Below are positions 24,037 to 35,800 of a stretch of DNA of 64,000 nt, piece after piece. The stretch's first letter is position 1. The number at the start of each line of letters is the position of its first letter. The stretch lies in NCBI GenBank assembly GCA_050273025.1, contig CP158636.1, positions 2,604,001 through 2,668,000 of the forward strand, written 5' to 3'. The notes beneath the pieces are model-generated. The model saw only the letters and a program-made list of their open reading frames with translations, searched no databases and was not told where the DNA came from. The translations under genes were made by a program, and so were the position numbers. Source of the stretch: Cenococcum geophilum. Its lineage: Eukaryota.

Positions 24037-26548
24037 AAGTAATAATATTAACTAAATTAATTAGATAAATATTACACCTCTAATAAACAACTTAGAGATG
24101 CTAGGTATCTTTAAGAACAAAGATAAAAAGGAAGGAAATAATGTTATAAACGCTTTAAGTATAATACTATAACTACTTAGGGAAGAGTTGGAAAAAGCTA
24201 GTTAGTTAATATAAGCACGGTCTAGGATAGAACCCATAGAACTATATAACGAGGAATAGTAAATAAAGTCATATAATATAATCTATATAATCTATATAAT
24301 CTATAAGATCTATAATAAAGTAAACAGAGTAGATAGAGTAGATAGAGTAATAACTTTCTTAGGAGTACGGTTGTATATTTAAGGACCCTTAGTCCCTACC
24401 TAGATAGTTCCTTCCTCGTAGTAATTCTCAGAATACAATTAGAGTTAATCTATTAGGCAACCACTCTACTAGTTATTATTACGTTGTTAACTATTATCTT
24501 TATATTTCCTATACACCTAGCCTATTAACAGAACCTATCGTAGTTACTACTACAAGGTTCCGTTATAAAAGTACCCTAAAATACCTTAAGTATCTCTTTA
24601 TTTAGGACGCTAGGGAGGAAGGCATTTAGGATATTAGCTAGAAATAGGAGCAACTTACCTAGTTTATTAATTAGGGTTAAGGATAATACTGCCGTAGCTA
24701 ATCTTATTATTACTATAGCAAGGCTTAATATATGGAGTTTAGTCGCCTAATCTTCCTATTCTTTTTAGACGCGTAGCATTTTAGTATAGTCCTCCTATTC
24801 CTAAAGGAGTCTTATTTTCCAGTTAGTTGCTTAGTCCTTAACCTTCTTTACCTAAGCTCTTCTAATCCTTAGGTCCTCCTTATATAGTTACTAGAGCCAT
24901 TCTTTAGCTTTTTTAGCGGCTAAAGTCTCGCGTTAAGCCGCAGAGAAAGGTACCATTATAGAGAATGGAGACTGTAACGCCGGCGTATCGCCTAAAGGTA
25001 TAGGGGAAGGTAAGGGAGACTGGTAGGTAACCTCTAAGGAGTTTAGCTCGTCGAGTATGTCGTTGTTAGTTAAGTTTTTAAGGTTTTTATAGACAATTTA
25101 CAAAGGTTTAAACGAGCGTATAGGTTGTTAAGTCATTAACAGCAACAATTAATTATTAGAAATTAAGTAAATAAGGCATTAGCTCTTAAATAAGACTAAT
25201 ATAGAAAGCAAGCAAGCAAGGCTCAATTTTGTGAATGTTGATGATATTAGTGTTGCTGAGATGCAGGGGTGCTGCTGCAGTGCTCGCTTAGCTACATAGA
25301 CATGTCCATTATAAATACCGACACAATTAGAGCAGGTTAATGTTAGAAATAGTGGCTTTTTAAAGGCCTTCTACCAAGTAGCTTAATTAACTGTGTTAGC
25401 TTTAACGATGACTTAACTACGCCTTAGCTAGCGAATTTAAACACCGACCTAATTAGCTACAAGCCAGATATAGTAGTAGAAACACCAGCTAAGATAGGTA
25501 GGTTCACCGAAGCTCGTTCCTTAATAGAGTCTAACTTAAAATAGAGCCCGCTTAACTACCTAACCCAAATCCCCACTGACGTCACTACCGGTACAAATAC
25601 CTACTTCTTTGAAGCCCCCACAGCGTGCTGATCGAATCCGACGATATTTAGATACTATTTGAGGCCAATTAGAGTAGATCTAAGATCCGACAACATCAAT
25701 ATTTGCATATACAGAGGTGCTACCAAAAATCTAGAATTTAACTCTATGACTCTTAGATTTATATAATTTACCCGATTAGGATAAGCGCGCTGTTAGTTCT
25801 GCAGTCAGCGGAAGGCATCGTCGCTCGCTGAACGCTGCCTGTTGGCCACACTGCCAAATTCCCAATCCGGTGCTTAATTAAATTAAAATTTATTTCCCAA
25901 TTTCAGAATTGCTTTGAGATTGCGTAACGTTACTACTCCCAGAACATCAAATTTCAGAATATTAAAAACATAACTTAATGGAGAGCACCTGTAAATGTGG
26001 AATTGAATGCCTAATAACCAGCCCAACTCCAGTACAACAAAACAGCTAAGAGATCCTCAAACGGCCATAGAATTAGTATGTTGAAGTAAATGGCTTCTCC
26101 AACTAAATCCATTTATCACAGATCTCTATTCTCTCCGGGATGATTACTAATTACTGTCCGCTCTGACGTTGTACTAACGCCAATCTTTTTATCGCCTGAC
26201 ATGTAGAACTGGGGAGATGATACGACAATAAACGGATCTCTTTATTAGATGTCACCACATACCGACGTTTTATTTGATATTGCTTTTAACACAATGGTTG
26301 AGAGATTGACTGATAAACTAGCACCCAAAAGTTATCCCCTGTACCCTTGTGTCGCTGCTAGTATTCCGAAATCCGCTCGCGCAAGATTCAAAAAACAAAT
26401 ATTCGGCGAGTAATATCCTGTGCACATTACATATACACCTTAGGGTTAAGAAGTAAGCTATACGCTAGCCCGTCAATATCAAAATTCCGAGAGGAGTTAG
26501 GAGCTTGGCCATAACTTGCAATACCTCATCCAGAACCGCTCAGCATAT

Positions 26549-27112
26549 TCATACGCGAAATCCTGCACTACGCCCTCTGAGTTCTCTGGAGTGCATCTTC
26601 TTTGTGTTTGGCATGCTAGCCTCAACCATCCTCCTTAATGCATCCCCGATAGTCACCTGCTTCTCAACTAGCCTCCCCGATATGGTTTCTGCGACACCTC
26701 CAGTCGCGCGGTCTTCCCAGCCTAGAGCTATCGGAACTTCATATTTACATGGCGGTTGAACGAGCAACATACGACGCCATGATGCTGACCAACTCCCGAC
26801 TTGCAGTTTTTCGACGGAATTTCCTTTGAAATCGACCCACAGGGTGTGTCTTGATGGATGGTTTTTTGGATCCTTGCCGTTTTCGTTCCACCTGATCAGG
26901 AGTCGCTTGAGAGGAAGTGGGTTTAGCTCAGGCGAGGCCTTAGGCGCTGGGGTGAAGAAGAGGCGGCGCTGTATCTTGATTGATTTGCGTATGACGGTCT
27001 GCCAGTATTTGCAGACACCCTGGACAAAGAGGAGGTCGGACATGGGAAGTTGGACAAGTATTATTTCAAGCAGCTCAATTGTGCTCATCACTAACTCAAC
27101 GGCTGAAGGCAT
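26549..27112 (-). CDS. F-box domain protein (187 aa)
   Basis: N-terminal VMSTIELLEIILVQLPMSDLLFVQGVCKYWQTVIRKSIKIQRRLFFTP and downstream SWRRMLLVQPP, characteristic of fungal F-box-like proteins. ATG to stop, intronless. Confidence 0.85.
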   Translation of the reverse strand: MPSAVELVMSTIELLEIILVQLPMSDLLFVQGVCKYWQTVIRKSIKIQRRLFFTPAPKASPELNPLPLKRLLIRWNENGKDPKNHPSRHTLWVDFKGNSVEKLQVGSWSASWRRMLLVQPPCKYEVPIALGWEDRATGGVAETISGRLVEKQVTIGDALRRMVEASMPNTKKMHSRELRGRSAGFRV

Positions 27113-27860
27113 CGTAGAAAGAGGATTCCGACGTGTCAGAACGAAAGAATGATGATAGTGTAGCGAGTGTAATAATAGTGATGTCTATATATCGCCACTT
27201 ATGAAACTAATAAAATTTTGATGCAATGATGTGATAAAGTTGAGGAGGTGATTGGCTTTCGGTGAAAAGCCTGGTAGCCCCACACATTTGGCTGGGAGGA
27301 AATTATTGTGCATATGCATGAGCAGAGAATAATGTGAAGTTTTAAAATAGGTCAATTTTTCTACCATACGCAGCTAATGCAGCTGCTGGAGATATCTTTA
27401 CAGTTTTAGTTTAAGATTACTAGAACAAGGAAGAAATATTCGGGATAAGGGTGAGGGTACAGCCAAATATACATTCAGTTGAATATGAGAGTAGAGAAAA
27501 TGGGGTATTCGAACGAAAAAAAAGCGGCTAGGAGAAGCTTTAACGTTTGCTGATTGGAAACATTTGTTACACGCTCCTAACCTGTCGTTGATATATGACT
27601 AAGCTGTTTTTTTCTTTATCGATACCAGGCAGAGAGCTTCCAGCTTTTGGCGCAACGTATTTCCCCCGAAAGCAAGTTGCTAGCAGTGCCTACCACCGAC
27701 TTGTTTTCGCCCTTTGTACCCCACCCCTGACCTCATTATCTCCGAAGGAAGTGTTTGTTCTTGATAGCTACCCAGCATCACATCTTGAGGGTGGTTGTCT
27801 GCTGGACAACCGGGGATCATATATTACTCTACCAGGAACTAGAACACGAACTACTGCCCG

Positions 27861-29863
27861 ATGTCCCCTCCAACCTCTTTCAGCAAAGCGAAAACCTCCT
27901 ATCCCATCTTCGCCGCGACATTTGCGCATAATCATCCTGGGTGCCTTGTAGTAGGAGGCGGTGGGGGTTCTGGTAATTTTATGCCATTTAGCCGATTAAA
28001 CAGAGTACTGGAGCTTTACAGCTAACTTAAATATGCTCAGGACGTAGTGGAGTTAGCAATAAAATTACCCTATTTGACGTAACCTCACGAGCGGCAACCC
28101 TCGAGCCTACCGCAGAGCTAGAGCTATCCCGCGATGAAGACTCGGTGACGTGTCTTGCCAACTTGGCTACAAAGGATGGTCTGGTGGTGTATGCAGGAAT
28201 CAATTCCTCCGAAGACGACCGTCTAGCCGACAAGAATGAGCACTTCAGGTCTTTTCTAGTCGAATACCCGAAGAAGAAGAAGAAAGATGAAGAGAAAGGG
28301 TCGGACAAGAACTCTGAAGCGAAGATATCTTTCCTAAGCAAAACAAGCTTGTTTAAACCGGTAAAGTCTACGATCGCGAAGAACGAGGCATATCAGCGCA
28401 TCTTGCGCCTTTCTCGACCCAAGAGGAGCGCATCTGGTAGCAAGCGTATCGGGGCTATTGCCTCGAGTCTCGCTGGAGAGGAGAACGAAATAGTCGTCTT
28501 TAATGCTACAACATCATCACCAGAATCGCCAGGAGATATAATACACAGGCTTCCCACCCATGAAGGCAAGGAAGCGAACGATATCGATATTGCGGGACCA
28601 GAGGATGGCGAATTCAAACTAGCATACTGCACCGATTACTCGGTCATTGTTAGCAATATCCCTTATGATTTTGACAGGAAAAAGCCTCGGCAGGAGCTAC
28701 TACTACCGCGTTCCGAATATTCTGTGCCTTACCCGGATGTATTTGAATCAAAAGGACGATTTAAAATTCGGTGTTTGAGATGGCTGAGCCCGTCTCACAT
28801 CCTTCTACTCGCAAATTTACCTAACCGGACGGGAGTTGAGCTCCTTATCTTGACGCTTTATGGTGATACCATAGGAAGCATCACACTCCGCAAACGCCTT
28901 CCTCGACATGTCAAAGCAGCTGTGGATATGGATGTGTGCGCCTTAGACGCTGACGAAAACGGAGCATATCAAATTGTCATAGCCGTAGCCGGCATCGATA
29001 TCTCCACCACCATTTTTACCATGGACTACCAAGGCATAGTCAATAACTGCCTGGGTAGATTCCACTCGTATACAACCGTCCACGACGTTCACGCTGTCCA
29101 GATGACCAAACTCATTTTCAGCCCTTTTTTCTCACCCTGGACAGGCCCTAACGGCGAAAAAGTTCAGAATCCCGGGCCACAGTACCTCCGCCTTGCATCC
29201 ACATCTCTCGGCAACACAGTTGTTATCGACACCTTCACACTCCAGCGTGTCTCAAAAAAGTCTCGCCCACGCTACGTGCTTAGCTCTTCTAGAACACGTG
29301 CGCTTCATCTAACCGCTACATACTTCGTCACGGCCTTTGTCCTACTCATCGGCCTCCTCCTTGTCCAATCTCTCCTCGATATCAAAGGGCCGTGGAGCAC
29401 GGCAATTGTTCCGGAAAGCATCCGCAACGCCGTAGGAGGCTTGAAGCCGCCCGGCCAAGTCATTGAAGAGATCCGATCAGCCCAGCCGGACGTCGTACCC
29501 GAAGGCGTCAAAGTTCCCGTTGTAAAAGCAACTCATAGACTGCGGGACCTTCTACACCTGCATCACAACAACAAGCACGATGAGGAGGTAAAGCGAAAAA
29601 CCCTCGTCGTCAGGGACGACCCGGACTCCGATTCCTCACTTTCGACGGAGGTGCATTCGGATCACGAGGCTGTTGTGGAGGCGCACACTGAGGCTAAGCA
29701 GTGGGACGAGCTAACACAGGCCGAGAAGTCAAGGTGGAAAGAGAAACTGACTAGTGCGGGTATGTGGGCTGTTGAGGAGGGCGAGACAGTCTTGAAGGGC
29801 ATTTTCTTTAGTGAGGCCGCGGGGATTGTGGGACAGATGGCACAGGCGGCGATGAATGGATGA
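27861..29863 (+). CDS. SEC12: Sec12/PREB-like Sar1 guanine-nucleotide exchange factor (beta-propeller + TM)
   Basis: Exon 1 27861-27972 (MSPPTSFSKAKTSYPIFAA..VVGGGGGS). GT..GCTAAC..AG intron 27973-28040. Exon 2 starts GRSGVSNKI, completing the GGGG..G..N K-loop of Sec12. Single TM YFVTAFVLLIGLLLVQSLL. Confidence 0.85.
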
Positions 29864-30125
29864 ATGGATGATTGGAGTTATACATGAAGATGGGATGGGC
29901 ATATAAACGTTGGTGTTATTCGTATTGGATATCTCAATACTAGTTGGCCGTGATGCCTAACAGAAAACCTCAGCGTCGCGCGCTGTCCTAAACAACTTCC
30001 AAAAGCCGTTATAAATACAATTTCTGAATACAATTTCTGAATACAATTTTTGCTGCTGCGTAAACTAAATATTAATATAAAAAACGGTTCGCAGCGGGTC
30101 ATACAGACGCTTATCGCGCTATCCT

Positions 30126-31826
30126 TTACCTTATCGACAAGCCCCGCGACCTCACCTTCGACAGGATGGTTGACGGCTGCCTCATCGGCCCCGCATCACC
30201 TGGCCGAGCCCTTACTGTTTGATGTTCCGGCTCCGCGTCCAACTGGTTCGGATTCCCATTCTGGAACGACCTCTTCTCATCCCTGCTCTGCCTGCGCAGC
30301 ACTTCCTCAGCCCAACCGCCCTCATCCCTATCCTCCTGTTTCTGCGGCCACAGAATCTGTTTCAGCCAGACCGCTCTTACCATCATGCTAAACACGAACA
30401 ACCACGTAATGATCAAGCCGACCGTCAGCGCGCACCCGACATACTGAATTGGGCGATTATTGTCGAGCGCACGCGCAACGGCGAACGTGGCCGTCGTGAG
30501 CGCCGTGTTGGGGAAGACGAACGAGTACCACGTCATGGCGAAGTCCATCTTCCCGCGCGCGGCGCAGCTCCAGTGCGCGCCGACGCTGACGAAGAAGAAC
30601 CAGAACGCCAGGCCCCACAGCCAGAGCCCCAGCCAGTTCGCCATGATCATGCTGACGCGCGCCGCAAAGGCGCCGTTGCCGGCGCCCATGAAGTTGGGCG
30701 GGACCACGCGCGGCAGGTTCTGGCCCATTGTTACGACGCCGGCGATGGTGAAGCCCGAGGGACCCACGCTGATGAACATGCCTGGGCGCAGGGATTCTTT
30801 GGGGAGTTTTTGTGTCATGAGGCGGTAGATGAAGGCGGAGTATATCATGAGTGAGACCATGAACCCGATGCCTTGTAGTGTGTAGCCTGAGATGATAATG
30901 TCGAGGGAGCGGTTGCCATTTGTTTTAGCAGAGAGTTGGCCGGCATGCGGGCCGACGATCAGGAGCGGGTAAGCGGGGAAGATCCAGACAGGCGTCATTT
31001 GCGAGATTGTGAATGTTTGCGTCGACCACCTAGGAATTGTGAGAACGGCGGGGCTTTGAATGAACTGGGGAGAGAAAAAGAGATAACGTACATTATTAGG
31101 TATATTATGAAAGAAAACACCACTGCTAGCCCACAGTATATCCAATACATCATTGTCATAGTCTCTTTCAACCAATATCCTGTCTTCTCTCCAACCCCAT
31201 ATTGCGTAATGTTCATCAAGATCGTTCCGAACCCAATCACCGCGGCCGGTATAAATAGCGATTCTGTAGGATGGAGGAAGCTCGCCTTGAAAGTGGATGG
31301 ATACAAGTAAAAACGCATGCTTATCATAAAAACATCGAACATAAATAGGACGATATTTAAGAGGAAGAATATACAGCCGAGAGCGTAGATGCCGTGGAAG
31401 CGGAATGGAACTACATGAATATGATCAGACATCATAATCAGAACCCGAGGATAAAGCAGACTCAACAGTGTCCTAGCCATCATGCCTCTAGCCGTTGTAG
31501 AGAATTTACCTACCAGTGTGTAAAACGTTAGCAATGCCTCCTGTGGCCATCGTCATGGTGAACCACGTCCACGTAAAATGTCTTATCCTCTCCTTCAGCC
31601 TCAGCCGCGTATCTAGCGATACATGTTTGCCATGTTTTTCATGTTTCTCATATTTCTCCTTGCTCATATCTCCTGAAGAGTCCCTTTCTAGAGGGGAAGG
31701 GCATTGTATCTGTTCTCGACTCCGCCATGGGTGTTGTTCGGAGGCGCTCGAAGACGACAATTTCGGCGAGGACGCAGCATCCCTCTCGATATCTCTTTCA
31801 ATGCTTTCGGTAGGCGTCCCAGGCAT
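30126..31826 (-). CDS. Mae1/SLAC1 (TDT) family C4-dicarboxylate/malic acid transporter
   Basis: RIRHFTWTWFTMTMATGGIANVL, ESLFIPA, RPGMFISVGPSGFT and FAMTWYSFVFPNT motifs. Introns 31411-31513 and 31030-31091. The start at 31826 is likely but not certain. Confidence 0.92.
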
Positions 31827-32139
31827 CGGAGGGAAAAGAAAAATGGTCACAAGGGAGGTCACTGAGGGGCTACGGGCGTTTTCGACGATTAGGATGATAA
31901 GGCCTCGAATGGCTGAAAGGTTGTTCACCACTATGGAGAAGTCTCTGGGGGTCTTGGAAGACCCTCAACAGAATAGCAGCAAGATAACAGGAGCAAGATA
32001 CACATTCTGCGCCTTCTGTGGAGCGTTGAACTTCGGGCCCAATACAGAATGACGCGATTTGGTGGTGAGTTGCGAGCCACTAGGGAGTCGCTAGCCGAGA
32101 GAAGATGATGATCTGGAATCAAAAAAAAAAAAAAAAAAA

Positions 32140-32506
32140 TTTATCTGTTGTATTATATACTGCGCATGCAGCCTCTAGGCTATGGCGCTATAGCTCTATA
32201 TACATGAATCCTTCCCAGGCAGCTCAACATAAACTAGTAGCTATGTCCTAGTAGTTTATAAACCCCTAGGCTAGGGGTTTACAGCTCCCTAGTAAAATTC
32301 TAAGTCATTAGCAACTATTAGGTAATGAGAAAACGGTAGTAAAAACTATATAAAATAAGAAATCCTAACGCCTGTTCCTGTCCTTTTGCTCTCTATTATC
32401 TATCTACTAGGAGCTTAGTAGGAGTTACCTCCTAGAGACCCTGCTGCTATTAGCCACTTTCTAGTAGCTACCCCGTCCTATCTAGGAATGGAAAAGGCGC
32501 TTCTCT
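32140..32506 (-). mobile_element. Short RIP-affected repeat fragment, probably the 3' end of a non-LTR (LINE/SINE-like) element
   Basis: Shares TACTGCGCATGCAGCCTCTAGGCTATGGC (32158-32186) with 48385-48413. TpA-rich. Possible TSD TCAAAAAA (32119, 32507). Confidence 0.55.
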
Positions 32507-32867
32507 TCAAAAAATATTTTATTTTATTTCAATCAGATAAAGGAGATAATCAATGCCAATTTCTGGAATCGAAAAGGTTAATAAAGTAATAATTTTGTAT
32601 AGCCGTCAATTGAATCTATATCTGCAATTGGAAAGACACTAAAATCTTCACACCTTGGCGCCCATCAGATGCCGCTCAAGGAAAGCAATAGATCCCGAAG
32701 CTATCCCAAGCCCGATCCAGCCGAACCCCACGAAACCCCACTAAAGAAGCCGCGCCGCTCTACCCTAACACCCACCGGTTAGGTGTTCGAATATCACCCT
32801 CCAGCAGTAGTTCGCCATATTTGATCAAAGAAAGAAAACAATGTCGCCAGTATCATTGTACATCACC

Positions 32868-35800
32868 TCACCAGAAACTGCACCATCCGATGTAGTGTTG
32901 GCACAAATTCTCCAAATTTGTCGCCTCTCTAATCAATCTGTCCACCTGAAGATTCACATTAAGTTCTTCGTTAGGCTTGAAATCGCGTCCTGTTAACTTC
33001 TCCTTAACCCTGGACAGCACTTGCAAGGCCCGAGCATTCTGCACCTCCTTAGCCTCTGCTTCGTTTGCTGGAGCAACGCTGGATCGATGACGAGGGCGGA
33101 AAGAACTAGTATCTCGCTCCACCTCAGGACCAATTATCGAGGCACGACGCTCCGAAGGGAAAGACGGCTCTGGAGGAGATTCACGGTTACCAAGCCTCCA
33201 TGTGAGCAGGGGATCATGAATGAACTAAGACGTCTGTTAGCTTTGGGGGAATGGAACCGTTCAGTGAAGGGCAACTTACGGCTTCAAGGACAGCCATCAC
33301 CGACTCCTTGTTACTCCTAAGCACCCGCATGACATGTTCGCATGTCGTCCTGTAGCTTCCCTCAATGTTGCTGACCTCCATTGCGTAAGTCAACATTCTG
33401 GTTAACCGGAACGGAACGCGTTCTGGGTATTTCTCGCGATGCATAGCTACTTCGAAGCAGTCACCGAAATCGATATGTATGATCTTGCCAGTAACTTTGT
33501 CAAGCATAAGATTTGATGGATGCCGGTCACCCAAGCCAAGGATGTAGCCAACCATAGACATAACGGCCAATGAGCGAGTATAGTTGGTACGCCGGTCAAG
33601 CCATGCTTCGGAACTCTTGCTCTTCAACCAAAGAACTCGGTAGAGATCTTGTCCGGTTGTATTGTCCAATGCATACCCGAAGACCTCAACCTTTTGCATC
33701 AGGGTAAGGCAGTCGTAGTCAGGGGCCATTTGAAGCATGATTCGGTGCTCGATGTTGAGAAGGATTTTACGACTTTCACGATATTCTCGGATAAGAACAT
33801 GCAACGTGTCACTGTTTGGAACATAGCCCAAGAGACCAGATTGGGTGGATAGCGGAATGGCGGCATATCGTTGGATATTTAGGTGTCGCTTACGAGATTC
33901 CGCATCGTTCTCGAGAAGCGTGTTGACCAATCCAAACAATTGCATTACACGTTCGTCTTGACGGATATCTTCGTGGCCTTTGAGAATGTGCATGTGGGTC
34001 TTGCCATCGCTTCCCTTCATCTCTAGTTTTCTAGGCCGCTGCTTGGACTGGATAACGGTGGAAACTGGATCGAAAGAAACGATTCGAATGACCGGTTTGC
34101 CGCTCTGGTAAGTTCCGGGTACAGCTAGATCCAAGTCTTGCGCAGCTTTGAGTTTTGGAGAGACATATTGAAGCTCTAGAGTCATAAGAGACGGCAACTG
34201 GCGTGCAATCTTTCGGAAAACTTGGTAGTAAAGGTCCCAGGCTTGGTTGAGATCCCCGACTTCTCCAGAGCTGCGGAACGTCGTGCACCAATCTCGTGCC
34301 TCTTGCAGTTCGCGACCGAAAGATTGAATGAAGGAGATCTCTCTCAACGTTTCAGGTCCCTTGTCGAGCATGGCATGCAATGGAGCAAGCGTGGCGAACA
34401 TTCCTTCAATATTGTGGTCTCCGAAGTATAGTCTTGAAGCCTCTTCCAGGCCTTCGTGCCACTGCTCGTGCCATAGAACGGCGATTCGAATGAGCTCGTG
34501 GCTGACAAGATCAGCTTGTTCAACGAGTTTCGGGGAGTGTTGGCGCATGGTTTCCATTAACTGTGCAGCTGAGCGTGAACGACGGGATACGTCCGACTTC
34601 ATTGAGACTGTCAAAGGAAACACCAGAGCTTGTGGATGAGCTCGACCAACGTCAGATAATAGACTAAGGATAGACTGCCTGACTCGCTGATTTGGCTGGT
34701 TGATGCGGGCTAACAGTTGCGGGATAACCTCCAACCAGGTGTCAATACCCACAGTGCTGATGCCTTCAGTGACAGCACCAGTAACTTCTTGTATGCCGCC
34801 ATGGGTGAACCAGAGAGTGAGCAGCCGCAAGGTATCTTGAAGGGAGCTCGTGGAGGAAAGTGCGATTGACTTGAAGAATCCTTGTATTGCTGGTACAACA
34901 TGGTCATGTACGATATTCGAAGGAATCTCCGTAGTTTCTCGATCGGCTTGAGAGGTGATGGAGGTAACGACTTCGAAATTTGCAAGCGCCCAAGCATGCC
35001 ATGCTTTGTACCAATTTTGATTATACCTTGTAGCAGCAGCATAGGCAGACAAAATATCATGAACATACTCGTGGTCCCAGTCTCCATGATGGAGGAATGT
35101 CTGCCATTCTCCCTGCTTAAGGTAGCATTTCGCGAGGAGCTTGTGACACTCAGCTAAGTCAGCCGGTGAATTAGATGTATTAGATCCTGCGAGCATGCTC
35201 GATCCATTCATGCCGTTCATGCCGTTGACGCCGTTGACGCCGTTCGTGATGCTGAAAGGATTTAATCCATTGACGCCATGACCATTGCTCATGCCATTAA
35301 TTCCGTTAGGTGAGGCAATTGGGTTGACTGTCGCCTGGCGAGCTCTGACTTGAAGGTCGTCTGCAACTCTTGCTGTGAAATCCTTAAGGACATCTAAAGC
35401 TTCCTGTTGATGGTTTGAGGTCGACCACATGAACTTGAAGACGGCGTACGATATTGGGTATGGAATTTCGTTCGCATGGGCGTGCACATGGGTGAAGACA
35501 TCTTGACCTTCTATATCAAGAAGCTTCTGAAGAGCTTTCTCGGCAAGGCCATGCCGCTGGTTCTTGCGACAAAGGTTCGTGAATTTTATCCACATTTCCA
35601 TGCTCTCTTTCGGGTTGATGACAAGTTGTCGGACCTTTAGCATCCGTTGCCAAACCTCTGGGTTCGGTTGGCAACCTCTGAGACGCTTCATCCAAGTGCT
35701 TCGCATGCTGGCTTGTTTCTCAGGGTTCATATCGTTTTGCTTGTAGGTAATCAGTTCTTCTAGCTCAGCGAGCATCTGAACTCGGATCATGGGCAGGTAT

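Larger units (their letters stand above)
1206..24567 (+). mobile_element. Ty3/gypsy chromovirus A, RIP-inactivated, with three nested insertions
   Basis: 5' LTR 1206-4922 (split at 1475-4761) matches 3' LTR 24142-24567. TSD AAAGT at 1201-1205 and 24568-24572. Purine tract precedes the 3' LTR. De-RIP motifs: gag zinc knuckle ~5972-6020, protease ALIDSGA ~8111, RT KLRLCIDYRQLN ~8771 and YLDD ~9078, RNase H ~15630, integrase ~16300-16900, chromodomain ~23235-23360. Confidence 0.93.
1058..25586 (-). mobile_element. Degenerate host element with gag-like ORF remnant, possibly tyrosine-recombinase (DIRS/Ngaro-like) retroelement ORF1, split by the 1206-24567 insertion
   Basis: Removing 1206-24567 and one TSD joins a minus-strand frame (~25090 to ~1060) reading ...DILDELNSLEV...AAKKAKEWL...VF(Q)GTFLPNNLSCLW...KEGIIKDYPSIKV. 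An 11-bp direct repeat CTGACGTCACT sits at 1058-1068 and 25576-25586. The family call is from remembered motif resemblance only. Confidence 0.4.

Noticed and set aside
25709..25993. Possible Tc1-type MITE (TACAGAGGTGCTACC ... GGAGAGCACCTGTA)
   Set aside because: The inverted match is short and gapped, with no second copy in the window.
30014..30049. 13-bp tandem repeat AATACAATTTCTG x2.8 between SEC12 and the transporter
   Set aside because: Small local duplication with no evidence of function.
30050..31310. Long antisense ORFs over the transporter (and similar ones over TOR, U2SURP and the nuclease ORF)
   Set aside because: Explained by codon bias of the sense genes; no recognisable domains.
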